Below are positions 40,216 to 53,410 of a stretch of DNA of 64,000 bases, piece after piece. Within the stretch, counting starts at the first letter, position 1; every line of letters begins with the position of its first letter. The stretch spans positions 508,347 to 572,346 of the forward strand of contig NW_004797659.1 of assembly GCF_000002075.1 (NCBI RefSeq), given 5' to 3'. A program made the translations under genes and the position numbers. The DNA is from Aplysia californica (taxonomy: Eukaryota). The notes beneath the pieces are model-generated. The model had not been told where the DNA came from, searched no databases, and was given only the letters and a program-made list of their open reading frames with translations.

Positions 40216-40410
40216 GGTGGAAATCTCAGAGTAGGAAACAGATCCTGATCATTATTGTGATCTGATTTGATCATTTTTCTTGGTGCTTCATGGTGTGACT
40301 ACAATACCAGCATACCACTACAGACATTTTTTAATATCCAGATCAATAACTTGTCTACTCACATTCATAAAACTGCTGCATCGAGCCAATTCCTGCATGA
40401 CAATGGCATA

Positions 40411-40690
40411 GGTGGCTTAGTTAGTGGTTAGGCTATCAGACTCGTAATCGTAATCATGAGGTTGCGGATTCAGGGGTTCGACCCACGGGCCCGACGTTGC
40501 GTCCTTGAGAAGGGCACTTTACACGAATTTCCACACCACTGCAAGCATACACAGCGGGTGAAGCGAGAGAGGGCTGCGGTGTTTCTGTAGACTTCGATCT
40601 AGCCCTAAGCCTAGCTACACGCACGCGTAATGTGTCATGTGCAGGCCTGCCACATGGCCAAAACCCCTGTTCATAGGTACTTGTGGCAAG
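40411..40690 (+). mobile_element. tRNA-headed SINE with CORE-like motif (related fragments 21900-22020, 60965-61050)
   Basis: GGTGGCTTAG...GGTTCGACCC head followed by gtccttgagaagggcactttac. Confidence 0.6.
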
Positions 40691-40981
40691 GGAAACAACC
40701 TATGAATAAATACAGCTGGATTAGTCAACAAATGCTTACTTCCCTTGCATTTTTTAATTAAACAGTGATTTGATATAACAGGACTTTTTCTCTGGTCCCA
40801 CCATCCTTGTTATATCAGGTTTCCACTTTACAAGTTTGTTCATTTAAAAGAGCAAACACCATTTTTAGTCCTTCTGAATATGGGGCATGCAATAAGACTG
40901 TGGTGTGGTGGCAAGGCGCTATACTATCCCATGCTGAAAATGTGAGTTCAATTCCCATACAAGAAAAATTTCTATTGAGTA

Positions 40982-41173
40982 CAGTGCAGCCTCTCTTTAT
41001 CGATCTTCGACATAACGATATCCTCTGTATAGCGACATGGTGCCCAGGCCCCAATTTTTCCATATATATATATATACCATAAAAAATATTTTTGGTTGCC
41101 TCTTTATAACGACAGCCCTCTATAACGACATTTTTTCTGGTCTCAACGATGTCGTTATAGAGAGGCTACACTG
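40982..41173. mobile_element. Tc1/pogo-type MITE
   Basis: TA|CAGTGCAGCCTCTCTTTATCGA ... TCGTTATAGAGAGGCTACACTG|TA. Confidence 0.8.
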
Positions 41174-41199
41174 TATGTCTAAGTTTTTCTGCAAGACGC

Positions 41200-41416
41200 T
41201 GTATCTCTCTCAGCCCGCTACATTGGATCATCACCTGTTCCACTGCACAGCCCTAAATGACATCAGAGCTACCCTTCTCCCTCCGAGACCTAACATTGAC
41301 AACACACTCTATGGAACTTTACAGCAACTGCAGCAAACCTGCACTTATCACTACATGGCATTGGACAGAAGGGCGAGAGCCCAGCTGTTGCTGGATCGAT
41401 AACAACAACAACAACT
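41200..41416 (+). mobile_element. 5'-truncated LINE 3' end
   Basis: ATLDHHLFHCTALNDIR resembles the C-terminal CCHC region of LINE ORF2; stop codon followed by a (CAA)n tail. Confidence 0.65.
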
Positions 41417-41828
41417 CTCCGCCCAGACTGGCCTTCCAGGCAGTGTAAACCTAGCAGTAGAACCGAGGGAGCTCAGGCGTATGAGTCCTACATTAAGTCT
41501 CCAAGGGTTATAGGGCTTAAAGTAGTTAATACTGAGAAAAGTCTCAACTCCTTTTATCTTTACTAGTTCACTTTTATGATCATTTTTTTTTTAAAGCTAG
41601 GCTGATGGTCCCCTTTAATAACCAGGGTTCGGTGAAATAAAAAATAAATAAATGACATTTTCTTTCATAACAAGATGACTAAATGGTATGGCCCATCAGT
41701 CATAGTAATTGGAAGAACACAACATTCAACACTGATGTCCGCTCAGTGCACGAAGTGAGTATCTCTAGAACTTTGAAGATAAGCACTTTGAGCAATCAAC
41801 CCTCAATCTGCTAAAATGTCTTTGAGTG

Positions 41829-41932
41829 CTACAACTTCGCCTTGACTTGACCTTTGCTTGCTGACCCCAAAGTTGACCTCTGTTGCTCTGCCAGATCTTT
41901 CTCCCATGTGTACTCCGGCATGTTCTGGTGTT
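41829..41932 (-). CDS. PECR: PECR terminal exon ending in PTS1 AKL
   Basis: tgtgcag|AA; EHQNMPEYTWEK...GQVKAKL*; phase-1 entry. Confidence 0.9.
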
Positions 41933-42017
41933 CTGCACAAAAACAAAATATACAGCAAATGCATAACATCATAATGGATAGATAGATATGTATGTGATTT
42001 CTCGCATAAATCAAATA

Positions 42018-42787
42018 CAGTGGAATCCTGTTATAACAAGAGGGAGGGGACCGGTGCGAAACATCCGTTATAGCAGGATTCTCGTTTTAAGGGATCCAGT
42101 AATAAATTCAAGGGAAATAGTGCAGTAGGTTGTCTGTTCGTTTTTTTGTGTAATCTCTCCTAATGATGATTTGGTTCGACATGATCTCTAGGTGTTACTT
42201 GATCAAAAATCGAATAAGGTTTCTTTCTCTAGCACTAGCAATGTTGACAGCTCAGCGTTGGCGATCAGAAATAAAGTTCTCTTGGCTAACTCGTCCGCTG
42301 TGTTGTCCCCCACCCCACCACACCCTGTGGTGTGTCCTGTCTCCTTAGGCACGTCACACATTCGCTCCATCCATCCCATCATAGTCACATCGTTGTGACC
42401 CCACATCGGAGAAGTGAGAGGCACGGCAGGCCTAGAAAGTCTAGACTAGGCTGGCCTATCACACGATGCGGTCTGCTTGTTTGTGTATACCGCATCCTAA
42501 TCCTCCCAACTCATTCGCTCAGCCTTCATTGTGGGCACACATGGGCTCTCCCATTCTTTTTTCGCAAGATCACCAACAGCTGGCGAGGTTTTACAGGAAT
42601 AAATGGCCTATGCACTGTGCACAGCACTAGCAATATTCCACTATAACCGACTCGAATGTTTGTCTGATTGCGTTATAGCAGCATTTTATTTACAAAGATA
42701 AAGAAGGAAAAAAATGGGGTTTTAGAATTGTGCCTTTATAGCAGACTTCTCGTTATTTCAGGACTCGTTATAAGTGGATTCCACTGC
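42018..42787. mobile_element. pogo/Tigger-like non-autonomous element
   Basis: TA|CAGTGGAATCCTGTTATAAC ... GTTATAAGTGGATTCCACTG. Confidence 0.72.
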
Positions 42788-43298
42788 AAAAATAGGCAAA
42801 TGGTTTGAGAATTATTCAGGTGGTAGATAAATCCTCTTAACAAAATGCATAATTACAAACCACAAACAAATAAGACCAAAGAGAATAACAAAAATAAAGA
42901 AGAAATCAATAGCTTTTGGGAGTGAATTCCCCATGAACTAAGTTAATGATAAAAAATATTTAAAATGTACATGCATAGATTCGGTAAAAAAAACAGACAA
43001 GGGTCAGTAAATAATAACAATAGTCAAGAAGAATGTCATTCAAAAAGCCACAAAATTCAGAAAGAAGTTACTTTGGCACTGTAAGGAAACAGTAGGCCCT
43101 ATTGTCTAAAATTTGAAAGTTTGATATTCAAATTTAAAAATAATAAGATGCTCATTGTGCACAAATTATAGTAAAAAGTTTCTCTGACTGAATTTCACTT
43201 CTTCCAGAAACATTGCTCCAACAAAAAATCTTCAGCTTCCCACAAAAACCCTCAAACCATTTCAAGAAACAAACACATTGGCTGACCACACATAATAT

Positions 43299-43728
43299 GT
43301 GTCACGACATGGTGGAATCAGGCGCACGTCAACTTTTAGGCATGTGGAGCTTATTGGTATCATATAAAAGCTTCTTCATTTGTCTTGCTTTCAATTTAAA
43401 AAGTAAGCTACTCATCTGGCTTGATTAGAAGGAGAGAATTTGAGATTGAAGGAGACGGGGTCGCCTGATTTCAGAGGCGAAATTAGTGAGAAAATTGTCG
43501 TCAAAGCTTGTCGACGTCCATAACTGGAGAGTGATAAGAAACTGAAAATTTACTCTTTTCTTGCCGTTTTTCCGATAAAATCCACACATATGTGTGTTTT
43601 TAAGTAGACATAAAAAGTTCTGAGCCAAAAAGCTGAAGTGAGCTAGAAATGGTCAATTGGGAGGAAAAATGCCGGCTTCTTTATTTTCATTATTTTGACG
43701 AGCGCCTGATTTCACCACGATGCCTCAC
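43299..43728 (-). mobile_element. MITE family A copy
   Basis: Same TIRs; ATAT on both flanks. Confidence 0.88.
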
Positions 43729-43741
43729 ATATATGTATGTG

Positions 43742-44160
43742 TGTGCCTGGAGAGAAGTCCCAGTTGTCGGAAATGTTGGATATTGGTCTAAGGGTATATT
43801 CTTATAGTTATAGCAAATGCAATGCTGAACACGCTGATTTTTTAATTTGTCAAATATCATGGGAAGTTTTAAAGATATGCCAAATTTTGTAACGCAGGGA
43901 GTAAAAACAAAGTTTGAAGAAAAATCAAATTTCTAATATAGGCCTATTTGTAACCATTGGTTAAGAACAACATTTGCAAAACTAATTTATAATAAAAATA
44001 CTTTGACTTTAAATAATAAAAAATCCTTTCAGCATAATGTTAAATATGTGTTCTACGAAGGAACTAAGTTTTTGACCTAATACGACTTTTTTGGGCCTTT
44101 TCACCCTGTTGTTAAAAAATATAGCTTTGCCGACAACTGGGTCCTTTTACCAGGCATGCA
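43742..44160. mobile_element. ~420-bp TIR element between two family-A copies
   Basis: TGCCTGGAGAGAAGTCCCAGTTGTCGG ... CCGACAACTGGGTCCTTTTACCAGGCA inverted ends. Confidence 0.7.
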
Positions 44161-44171
44161 CACACACATAT

Positions 44172-44609
44172 GTGTTATGACACTGTGTAATCATGCACTC
44201 GTCAATTTTTGGGCATACAGAGTTATTGGTATCAACTGAAAGCGTATTAATTTTTTTGCTTTCAATGAAAAAAAATATGCATCTCTACATTGAATAGAAG
44301 TCCAGATATTTGTGATTGAAGGAGGTAAGGTTGCTTGATTTCAGTGATGAAATTAGCCAGAAAATAGCAGCCAAAGTTTGGCAACTCCAATAGATAAAAA
44401 ATCCTGGAAAAAAGAAAAATAACATATATTTTGTGACTTTAATCAAAGTTTTTCAATAAAATTCATACGGAAATATGTTTTTGTACGGACATAAAAGGGT
44501 TTGAGCCAAAAAACAAAAATTCAGTAAAAATTGTCTAACTGGAGGAAAAATGTCTGTTTCTCCAATTTCTTTATTTTGACGAGTGCCTGCTTTCACCACG
44601 ATACCTCGC
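44172..44609 (-). mobile_element. MITE family A copy
   Basis: Same TIRs; ATAT on both flanks. Confidence 0.85.
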
Positions 44610-44621
44610 ATATATATATCA

Positions 44622-44950
<329 letters not shown>

Positions 44951-45021
44951 CCTGTGGGGAAAAAATTAACGCACACTTAGGGAAAAAGAGTGACTATAAG
45001 CACAACAGGCAGAAACAATAT

Positions 45022-45458
45022 ATGTCACGACGCGGTGGAATCAGGCGCTTGTCCATTTTTGTTCATGTGAAGTTATACCAATAATATCATCTTAAAACTT
45101 GTTCGTTTGCCTTCCTTTTTGGTGAAAAAAATTACCATCTATGTTGAAAAGAAGTCGAAATATTTACAATTGAAGGAGGTGGGGGTCGCCTGGTTTCAGG
45201 GGTAAAATTAGTGAGAAAATGACCGCCAAAGATTAGTTATTTCCTTGATAGAGAGTCTGTAGAAACTGAAAATTAACGTTTTGTATGCCTTTAATCAATG
45301 CTTTTTAGTAAAATTCACACAGAAATGTGTTCTTAAACGGGCAAGAAAGAAAGTGGTAATCCAAAAAAATGGATAAATATTCACAAACCTGTGGAAAAAT
45401 GACAGTTTCTTCACTTTGATTATTTTGACGAGCACCTGATTTCCCCACACTGCCTCAC
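45022..45458 (-). mobile_element. MITE family A copy
   Basis: Same TIRs; flanks ATAT/GTAT. Confidence 0.85.
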
Positions 45459-45629
45459 GTATGACAAAGTGTTGCACTGAGCAGTCTATATCAACATCTC
45501 AGAAGAGAAGTACATCATGAACAAGTAGTCTCATCAGATTTTAAAAAAAAATTAAATAGAAGTTTATAATTGGTCTTAAGGTGCTCAACATCGGGTACAG
45601 AGACAGGCAGAGTGTGTTGGGAGAATGAA

Positions 45630-45790
45630 AAAGTTTAGTTGCAACACAATAAGGTCATATTAGTGCCGAAGATTAGAGGTGTTACAAGAGAGAAACAAAC
45701 ACAAAAAAGAAGGAGGGGAGATAAAGCGGATATCTGTTTAATAGGAAAGAAGAAGCAAACCACACCACAGCACCTGCCAACGACCCACAA
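45630..45790 (-). mobile_element. Family B copy
   Basis: Reverse-complement consensus, 3' end clipped. Confidence 0.8.
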
Positions 45791-46789
45791 GAATGAGAAA
45801 GAAGGCTTAAAGACTTGTTTTTATGGTATCTTTGCTTTTGAAAAAAGAAGACAGGGTGGAAATGCACTATACAGAATGATGCTATCCATTCGTATTATTT
45901 TTTTTGGAGAAAGNNNNNNNNNNNNNNNNNNNNNNNNNNNNNNNNNNNNNNNNNNNNNNNNNNNNNNNNNNNNNNNNNNNNNNNNNNNNNNNNNNNNNNN
46001 NNNNNNNNNNNNNNNNNNNNNNNNNNNNNNNNNNNNNNNNNNNNNNNNNNNNNNNNNNNNNNNNNNNNNNNNNNNNNNNNNNNNNNNNNNNNNNNNNNNN
46101 NNNNNNNNNNNNNNNNNNNNNNNNNNNNNNNNNNNNNNNNNNNNNNNNNNNNNNNNNNNNNNNAAGATCTATCTATACAACTTCCATCATGACATATTTA
46201 TGCGGACATTGCTCAGTGAGAGGGAGAAATACAGAGGGAGACATGTAAAATTTACATGGTAATCCACACCAGTAAAGATAAAAGAGCACAGCAGTTGTTA
46301 TTGATCCACGGGTCATTAAGCATAAGCCTGTGTGCATGACCGGTCACAGTAATACACTACTAACTTGACTCTTATTCATGAGCCATCAGTATGAATAAGT
46401 AAACAGCAAGAGAGAAAAGGAAAATAAATCTTTATTGACCCCGGCCAGCAGAAACATGATTACAATCACAGATACCAGGATATATAATGTCAAATAATGC
46501 CATGCTACTGCAAGTGGCTAGGGGCTCTCTTGGTCTTCAAACCAAGAAGCATGAAATAATAACTATTAAATACTGCCAATGTCATTTTTAAAATAAATAG
46601 CCTACCAGGAACTGTAGATTTTTTCACGGATTAGAGGACAAAGTAAATTATATATTATAGAAGTCAAATCTAAATGATTAATGTTGAATAATGTTCTTTG
46701 CTTCAGAAGTACAGGTCACATCAAGTGGAAAAAGTTTAAATTTTAGACAGTAAAAGTTTTAAAACGCTTGCAATGCAAAATTCACAAAT

Positions 46790-46927
46790 AGCTCATATAA
46801 GTTTCAAAGATTAAAAGTGTTAATAGAGGGTAGCATGCTAAGACAAGAAGGAGGAGAGATCAGGATAACAGATGTTTGAATAGGAAAGAAGGGACACACT
46901 ACACCAGAGCGCCCACCAACCACCCAC
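46790..46927 (-). mobile_element. Family B copy (diverged)
   Basis: accagagcgcccaccaaccacccac head. Confidence 0.7.
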
Positions 46928-47135
46928 TGTAAAAAAAGGAGTAAAAATCAGCCAACACACCAGGAGGCAGTTTTCAATCTTTAAAGTTTGGCCAACATTC
47001 ACCAGTTGTGTGGTTTATCATGTCATCTTTATCATAATCAAACCTCACATATAAAAAAAAAACTTCCCAAAACCCCCCACGAAATTACGAGTCTAACACC
47101 CCCCTCCCTTCCCCCTCCCCACCACCACCACCGAC

Positions 47136-47243
47136 CTCCTCCACAGTGCCCAGCCGTTGTGCTGGAACCTGCAGCCTCACGGCCTCAAAGATGTCAGCAC
47201 TGCCGTAGTTTGCGGCGGCCGTCTCAGAGTAGATGGAGCTGCC
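47136..47243 (-). CDS. PECR: PECR exon 6
   Basis: cttcctcag|GGC...GAG|gtcggt; GSSIYSETAAANYGSADIFEAVRLQVPAQRLGTVEE. Confidence 0.9.
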
Positions 47244-47255
47244 CTGAGGAAGACA

Positions 47256-47400
47256 GTTTTTTTTTTAGTTTTAGTAAGAGTTTACGGCACTTGCAACACA
47301 ATAAGGTCATATAAGTGCCGAAGATTAGAGGTGTTACAAGAGAGTAACAAACACAAAAAAAGAAGGAGAGGAGATAAAGACAATAGACAGATACGAACCA
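47256..47400 (-). mobile_element. Family B copy
   Basis: ttttagttttagtaagagtttacggcacttgcaacacaataaggtcatataagtgcc. Confidence 0.85.
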
Positions 47401-48119
47401 AAGTTTGTTCACTGTTTATGTGTACGTTCCTTTACACTTCCTAAAACAACATATAAAAGAAATGTTTAAAGAACAAAGCCCCCTCTACATTATATGACGA
47501 GAAAACAACCTTGAACTTTCCTGAAAGGACCAAATCCTGACAGTGAAAGCTACTACATCTATAAAGAAAAATGAAAATATTTGATAAAAATTGTCCATGG
47601 TAGAACTGAAATTATATCATTTGTGATAAGGCAAACAGATGAGAATCTGACAATTACAATAATTGACCATTACTCTTTGATTAATAAGTCACCCGAAAGC
47701 ATACAAGTCACGATGCAGTGGAATCAGGCCCTCGTCAATTTTGGGGCATATGGCGGTACTGGTTTATTTGTCTTGCTTTCGTTTGTTTTTTAAAATACCC
47801 ATCTATCTTGAATAGAAGTCAAGATAATGCAATTGAAGAAGGTGGGGGTCACCTGGCTTCAGCTGTAAAATTAGCAAGAAAATGGCCTTCAAAGTTTCTC
47901 TCCTAAGAATTTCTCAGTAAAATCTACACAGAAATGTGTTTTTAAACGGATACTATTAATAAAAAAATTAGAGAGCCAAAAAACAAAAAATTCGAAAAAA
48001 ATAGTCCAGTTATAAAGCAAATGGATATGTATCAAGCAAAATTTTAAAAAATAACAAATCAGAGTGAAATCGAGGAAAATTAAAATCCAACAACTTTAGA
48101 GTATCCTCAGCCAACGCCT

Positions 48120-48307
48120 TGTGTCAAAAGTGCCAACGGTTGGTGTAAAAATGTCAACCCAAGAGTTAACTACAAGTGCCAAAAGTGTCAACCACAAAAG
48201 TCAACTACAAGTCTCCAAAAAGTCAACCCAAAGAGACAACTAACAGTGTTAAAAGTGTCAACTGATAGTGTCAAAAGTGTCAACTGATAGTGTCAAAAGT
48301 GTCAACC
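48120..48307. repeat. Degenerate tandem repeat (aaaagtgtcaac core)
   Basis: Repeated gtgtcaaaagtgtcaac. Confidence 0.75.
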
Positions 48308-48317
48308 CCTGAGGCTA

Positions 48318-48557
<240 letters not shown>

Positions 48558-48709
48558 TTACCAGTGATACAATTTAGATTATCTAAGAGACGGGTTTCAA
48601 CCTTACCTTTCAGAGTCCACCTAGGTTGAGAGAGACACATCACGGTCATCCCAGAAGGAAAATCGAGACAATCGATAAAAATTCCTCCCACACGGGAATC
48701 ATTGATTGA

Positions 48710-48914
48710 TTAATTGATTGAGAACATGTTTTATAGCGCTATCGACTCCGCTTGATTGATTGAGTACATGTTTTATAGCACTATCGACTCCGCTTGATTG
48801 ATTGAGTACATGTTTTATGGCACTATCGACTCCGCTTGATTGATTGAGTACATGTTTTATAGCACTATCGACTCCGCTTGATTTGTTGAGTACGTGTTTT
48901 ATGGCACTATCGAC
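48710..48914. repeat. 42-bp minisatellite, ~5 units
   Basis: Unit ttgattgattgagtacatgttttatagcactatcgactccgc. Confidence 0.9.
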
Positions 48915-50336
48915 ACAGACACAGGAAGCATACTTGGATGTTCTGTGTGCGACGGCAAAGCACCTAACTATTGTCGGGTATGCAAATCAAATATATAATA
49001 TAATATTATGGCACAAAGTTAACGAAACCGCAAAACTATAGTCAGAAATTACATGGGGGCGGGGGAGGAAAGAAATATAACCTCTAAAAAAAACTTGTAT
49101 AACATAAAATATGTCCCCTTCTCAGAGTCATAATATAAATAATATATATAATTATGACACTGACCCTAAATACATGTAGCTCTTAAGTTTTCAGAGGTAT
49201 AGTTTTTTGTGAGGATTTAGAGACATTTTTAAAAATATGTGAACTCATATCTCTCTCGCTCCCTCCTCCCCTCCCNNNNNNNNNNNNNNNNNNNNNNNNN
49301 NNNNNNNNNNNNNNNNNNNNNNNNNNNNNNNNNNNNNNNNNNNNNNNNNNNNNNNNNNNNNNNNNNNNNNNNNNNNNNNNNNNNNNNNNNNNNNNNNNNN
49401 NNNNNNNNNNNNNNNNNNNNNNNNNNNNNNNNNNNNNNNNNNNNNNNNNNNNNNNNNNNNNNNNNNNNNNNNNNNNNNNNNNNNNNNNNNNNNNNNNNNN
49501 NNNNNNNNNNNNNNNNNNNNNNNNNNNNNNNNNNNNNNNNNNNNNNNNNNNNNNNNNNNNNNNNNNNNNNNNNNNNNNNNNNNNNNNNNNNNNNNNNNNN
49601 NNNNNNNNNNNNNNNNNNNNNNNNNNNNNNNNNNNNNNNNNNNNNNNNNNNNNNNNNNNNNNNNNNNNNNNNNNNNNNNNNNNNNNNNNNNNNNNNNNNN
49701 NNNNNNNNNNNNNNNNNNNNNNNNNNNNNNNNNNNNNNNNNNNNNNNNNNNNNNNNNNNNNNNNNNNNNNNNNNNNNNNNNNNNNNNNNNNNNNNNNNNN
49801 NNNNNNNNNNNNNNNNNNNNNNNNNNNNNNNNNNNNNNNNNNNNNNNNNNNNNNNNNNNNNNNNNNNNNNNNNNNNNNNNNNNNNNNNNNNNNNNNNNNN
49901 NNNNNNNNNNNNNNNNNNNNNNNNNNNNNNNNNNNNNNNNNNNNNNNNNNNNNNNNNNNNNNNNNNNNNNNNNNNNNNNNNNNNNNNNNNNNNNNNNNNN
50001 NNNNNNNNNNNNNNNNNNNAATTTTCGTACCAGCCACCAACATGATGTATTCTATGCAGGATATCAAATGATTCCTATCTCTACCCAGGTGATCTCCACC
50101 ACCCACCATTACTAACAAATCATCCACTAGTAGCTACACAATATCACCCAGGTTGGCAAGCACAGAGTTAGACCATAAATATACATGTGGGCTGCTTTCA
50201 CGCAGTCTGTCACCGTCAGTGTCAGCCCTGCCTACTGTAAGATAACTAGGATTTCTAAAAAAAGAGAAACTGTAAAATACTTTTAATATGAAAATAAGAT
50301 AATAACTTCTGGCAAAGTGGGAAGTTTTAATTATTA

Positions 50337-50582
<246 letters not shown>

Positions 50583-51054
50583 TCAGTCTGGGATCTTTTA
50601 AGGTTTCATTTACCCACCCAAGTCGTAAAGCTTATCCCTACCACATCTACCACTGAAAACAGAGAAGCAACATTTTTGTGGTCATAAAAATTAACAACAA
50701 AGATCTGCCGCCTTCACCTGTGAAACTGACCTTTCCAAAACTTTGAACAAAAAGTGGTGATTTGGCAGGAGACAAAACAAAAGGTGAGCAAAGTGAAGAA
50801 TATCGATTATAGAATCAAAATATATTTTCCAAAAAAATGTTCATAGTTCATGACTTCACACTTTGGCTTTGAAGAGTCTAATAGATGCACTCTATTATAT
50901 AATATGTATACCATTTAAAGTTCCTGGAAAAAACAAGGTCAGACCAGACTGAGTAAAAAATTCCAAAGCAAACAAGTTAAGCCATTTGAGAAAGTGAAAG
51001 ATGAAATTAAAAGAGGAAAATAGCTAAGTAGAAGAAATATAATAAACAACATAC

Positions 51055-51191
51055 ACTTTCCACTTTGCGGATGTTGCACACCATAAACTCCAGCCTGTTT
51101 TTCCTTCCAGTTTCAGAAAGCCATTTCCTCATGTCCTTAGCAGCCTCTTCAAGACGTTCCAGCTTCCTGGAAGCTATCATGACATTGCATC
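51055..51191 (-). CDS. PECR: PECR exon 2
   Basis: ttgcag|GA...AGT|gtatgt; CNVMIASRKLERLEEAA...CNIRKVES; phase 1 to 0. Confidence 0.92.
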
Positions 51192-52075
51192 CTGCAATGT
51201 AACATTTTTTTGGTAAAAGAAAAGGCCTTACATTTGTCCTGAGGAAAGTGACATAGGCTATCATCTACTGCTCCATAAAAGGTGCAGGATAAAGGTGACA
51301 TAATAAACAGGTGGCTACTGACAAGGAAAAAACTTTTCGGACACCATGAAAATGCCTATGCTGGGTCACAAAATTTACGAATCATATATATAATNNNNNN
51401 NNNNNNNNNNNNNNNNNNNNNNNNNNNNNNNNNNNNNNNNNNNNNNNNNNNNNNNNNNNNNNNNNNNNNNNNNNNNNNNNNNNNNNNNNNNNNNNNNNNN
51501 NNNNNNNNNNNNNNNNNNNNNNNNNNNNNNNNNNNNNNNNNNNNNNNNNNNNNNNNNNNNNNNNNNNNNNNNNNNNNNNNNNNNNNNNNNNNNNNNNNNN
51601 NNNNNNNNNNNNNNNNNNNNNNNNNNNNNNNNNNNNNNNNNNNNNNNNNNNNNNNNNNNNNNNNNNNNNNNNNNNNNNNNNNNNNNNNNNNNNNNNNNNN
51701 NNNNNNNNNNNNNNNNNNNNNNNNNNNNNNNNNNNNNNNNNNNNNNNNNNNNNNNNNNNNNNNNNNNNNNNNNNNNNNNNNNNNNNNNNNNNNNNNNNNN
51801 NNNNNNNNNNNNNNNNNNNNNNNNNNNNNNNNNNNNNNNNNNNNNNNNNNNNNNNNNNNNNNNNNNNNNNNNNNNNNNNNNNNNNNNNNNNNNNNNNNNN
51901 NNNNNNNNNNNNNNNNNNNNNNNNNNNNNNNNNNNNNNNNNNNNNNNNNNNNNNNNNNNNNNNNNNNNNNNNNNNNNNNNNNNNNNNNNNNNNNNNNNNN
52001 NNNNNNNNNNNNNNNNNNNNNNNNNNNNNNNNNNNNNNNNNNNNNNNNNNNNNNNNNNNNNNNNNNNNNNNNNNN

Positions 52076-52510
52076 CCTGATTTTGGTGTTTTCTCACGAT
52101 CCATTGTTGTGTACACAGTTCTTCGTGTTACATTAAAATGTCTCGCAACAGTGGATACTGAGGCCCCCCCGCGGATCATTCCAACAAGCTGATTTCGCAC
52201 ATTTTCGCGTACGGTGTGACACCATGAAACGTAGACAAGACAAGTTTTATCACTGGCGAATTGTTACAAAAATGGCAAAGCTTTGATGTGTTCTTCTTTT
52301 TTAAACAAATCATTGCCGTATCATGATTAATTTTCAAAAAACACGAAACATGTAACACGCATGCAGTTACAAAACCACTCATGCGTTCAGAAATCTGAAA
52401 GCAGATCACCATTGACAGGTATATCACGTAATCAGTGTGTAAATTTGAAAGTAATTGGTTGCATAGATTTTGTTTTATTGAGCTTCAAAAGGTGTATACT
52501 TAAAATTGTG
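52076..52510 (-). mobile_element. Tc1-like transposon 5' fragment cut by a gap
   Basis: RNQLVGMIRGGASVSTVARHFNVTRRTV resembles the N-terminal HTH of Tc1 transposases. Confidence 0.6.
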
Positions 52511-53410
52511 ACATATATATGTAATGTAATATTCGCATAATTCTAGAAATCTGAACTTTTGGATTTATAGGGAAAATCAATTCCTCTGCTGATAATAAAT
52601 TTTGCGGAAGAAGTATTTTAAAAATTACCTTTCGAGTATAATCTGTCATTGAAAAACTTTATTTCAAAGATGCGTACAGTGCTGCTTATTACTACAGCTG
52701 CGCCATAAGCAGATTATAATTTCACATTGCAACAGGACTTTTCAAAATTTTATTTTTGGAATGCATCACGGACAATGCATTAATAGGTAATGAATCCACC
52801 ATCAGAATAAATGGAAGACTAATATATTATCAATAATCTAAGGTTTACAGACTGAATTCGCCTGTCACCTTCAAAATCAAATGCGTTTGTTTTTCAAGGT
52901 TACAGTAAAAAATCGATTGTATTGTGCAAAAATGGTAGCTTCTGCCCCATCCATGAAGATAAAATCAGGCTCGCCCTGACTCAGTCCGATAAAACCAACT
53001 GATAGTGTGCTCTGGGTGTAAATGAGCAGACATCAAAGTTGTATTACATTAATTCAGACAGGAATATATGTTCATTATATTTCGTTTAGTGTCTGGATCA
53101 GAGCCAAGCAAATGCTCATAAATAAATGTGTATCAGAGAGTTGTCAGTGCCTGCATGACATTATGTACACTGTACACACTGATCTGATCTGCTACACATA
53201 TATATATATCAGGGTGACCTGAGGAGTGTGTGTATGTGTGAGGTGGGGGGGCGGAGAGGGCTCGGGGTATTAGAGGTGGGAATAAAGATGATGCTTCATA
53301 CAAAGGCCCATATTATATATTATGTGGGAGTGGGATGGACTGTCAGTATTGAACGGTATTGGGAGAGAGATTGAGACAGATATATAATGACGGATAAAGG
53401 GGCATAAATA

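Noticed and set aside
48710-48914. CRISPR-like periodic array
   Set aside because: The units are contiguous 42-bp repeats with no unique spacers, inside a eukaryotic intron; this is a minisatellite.
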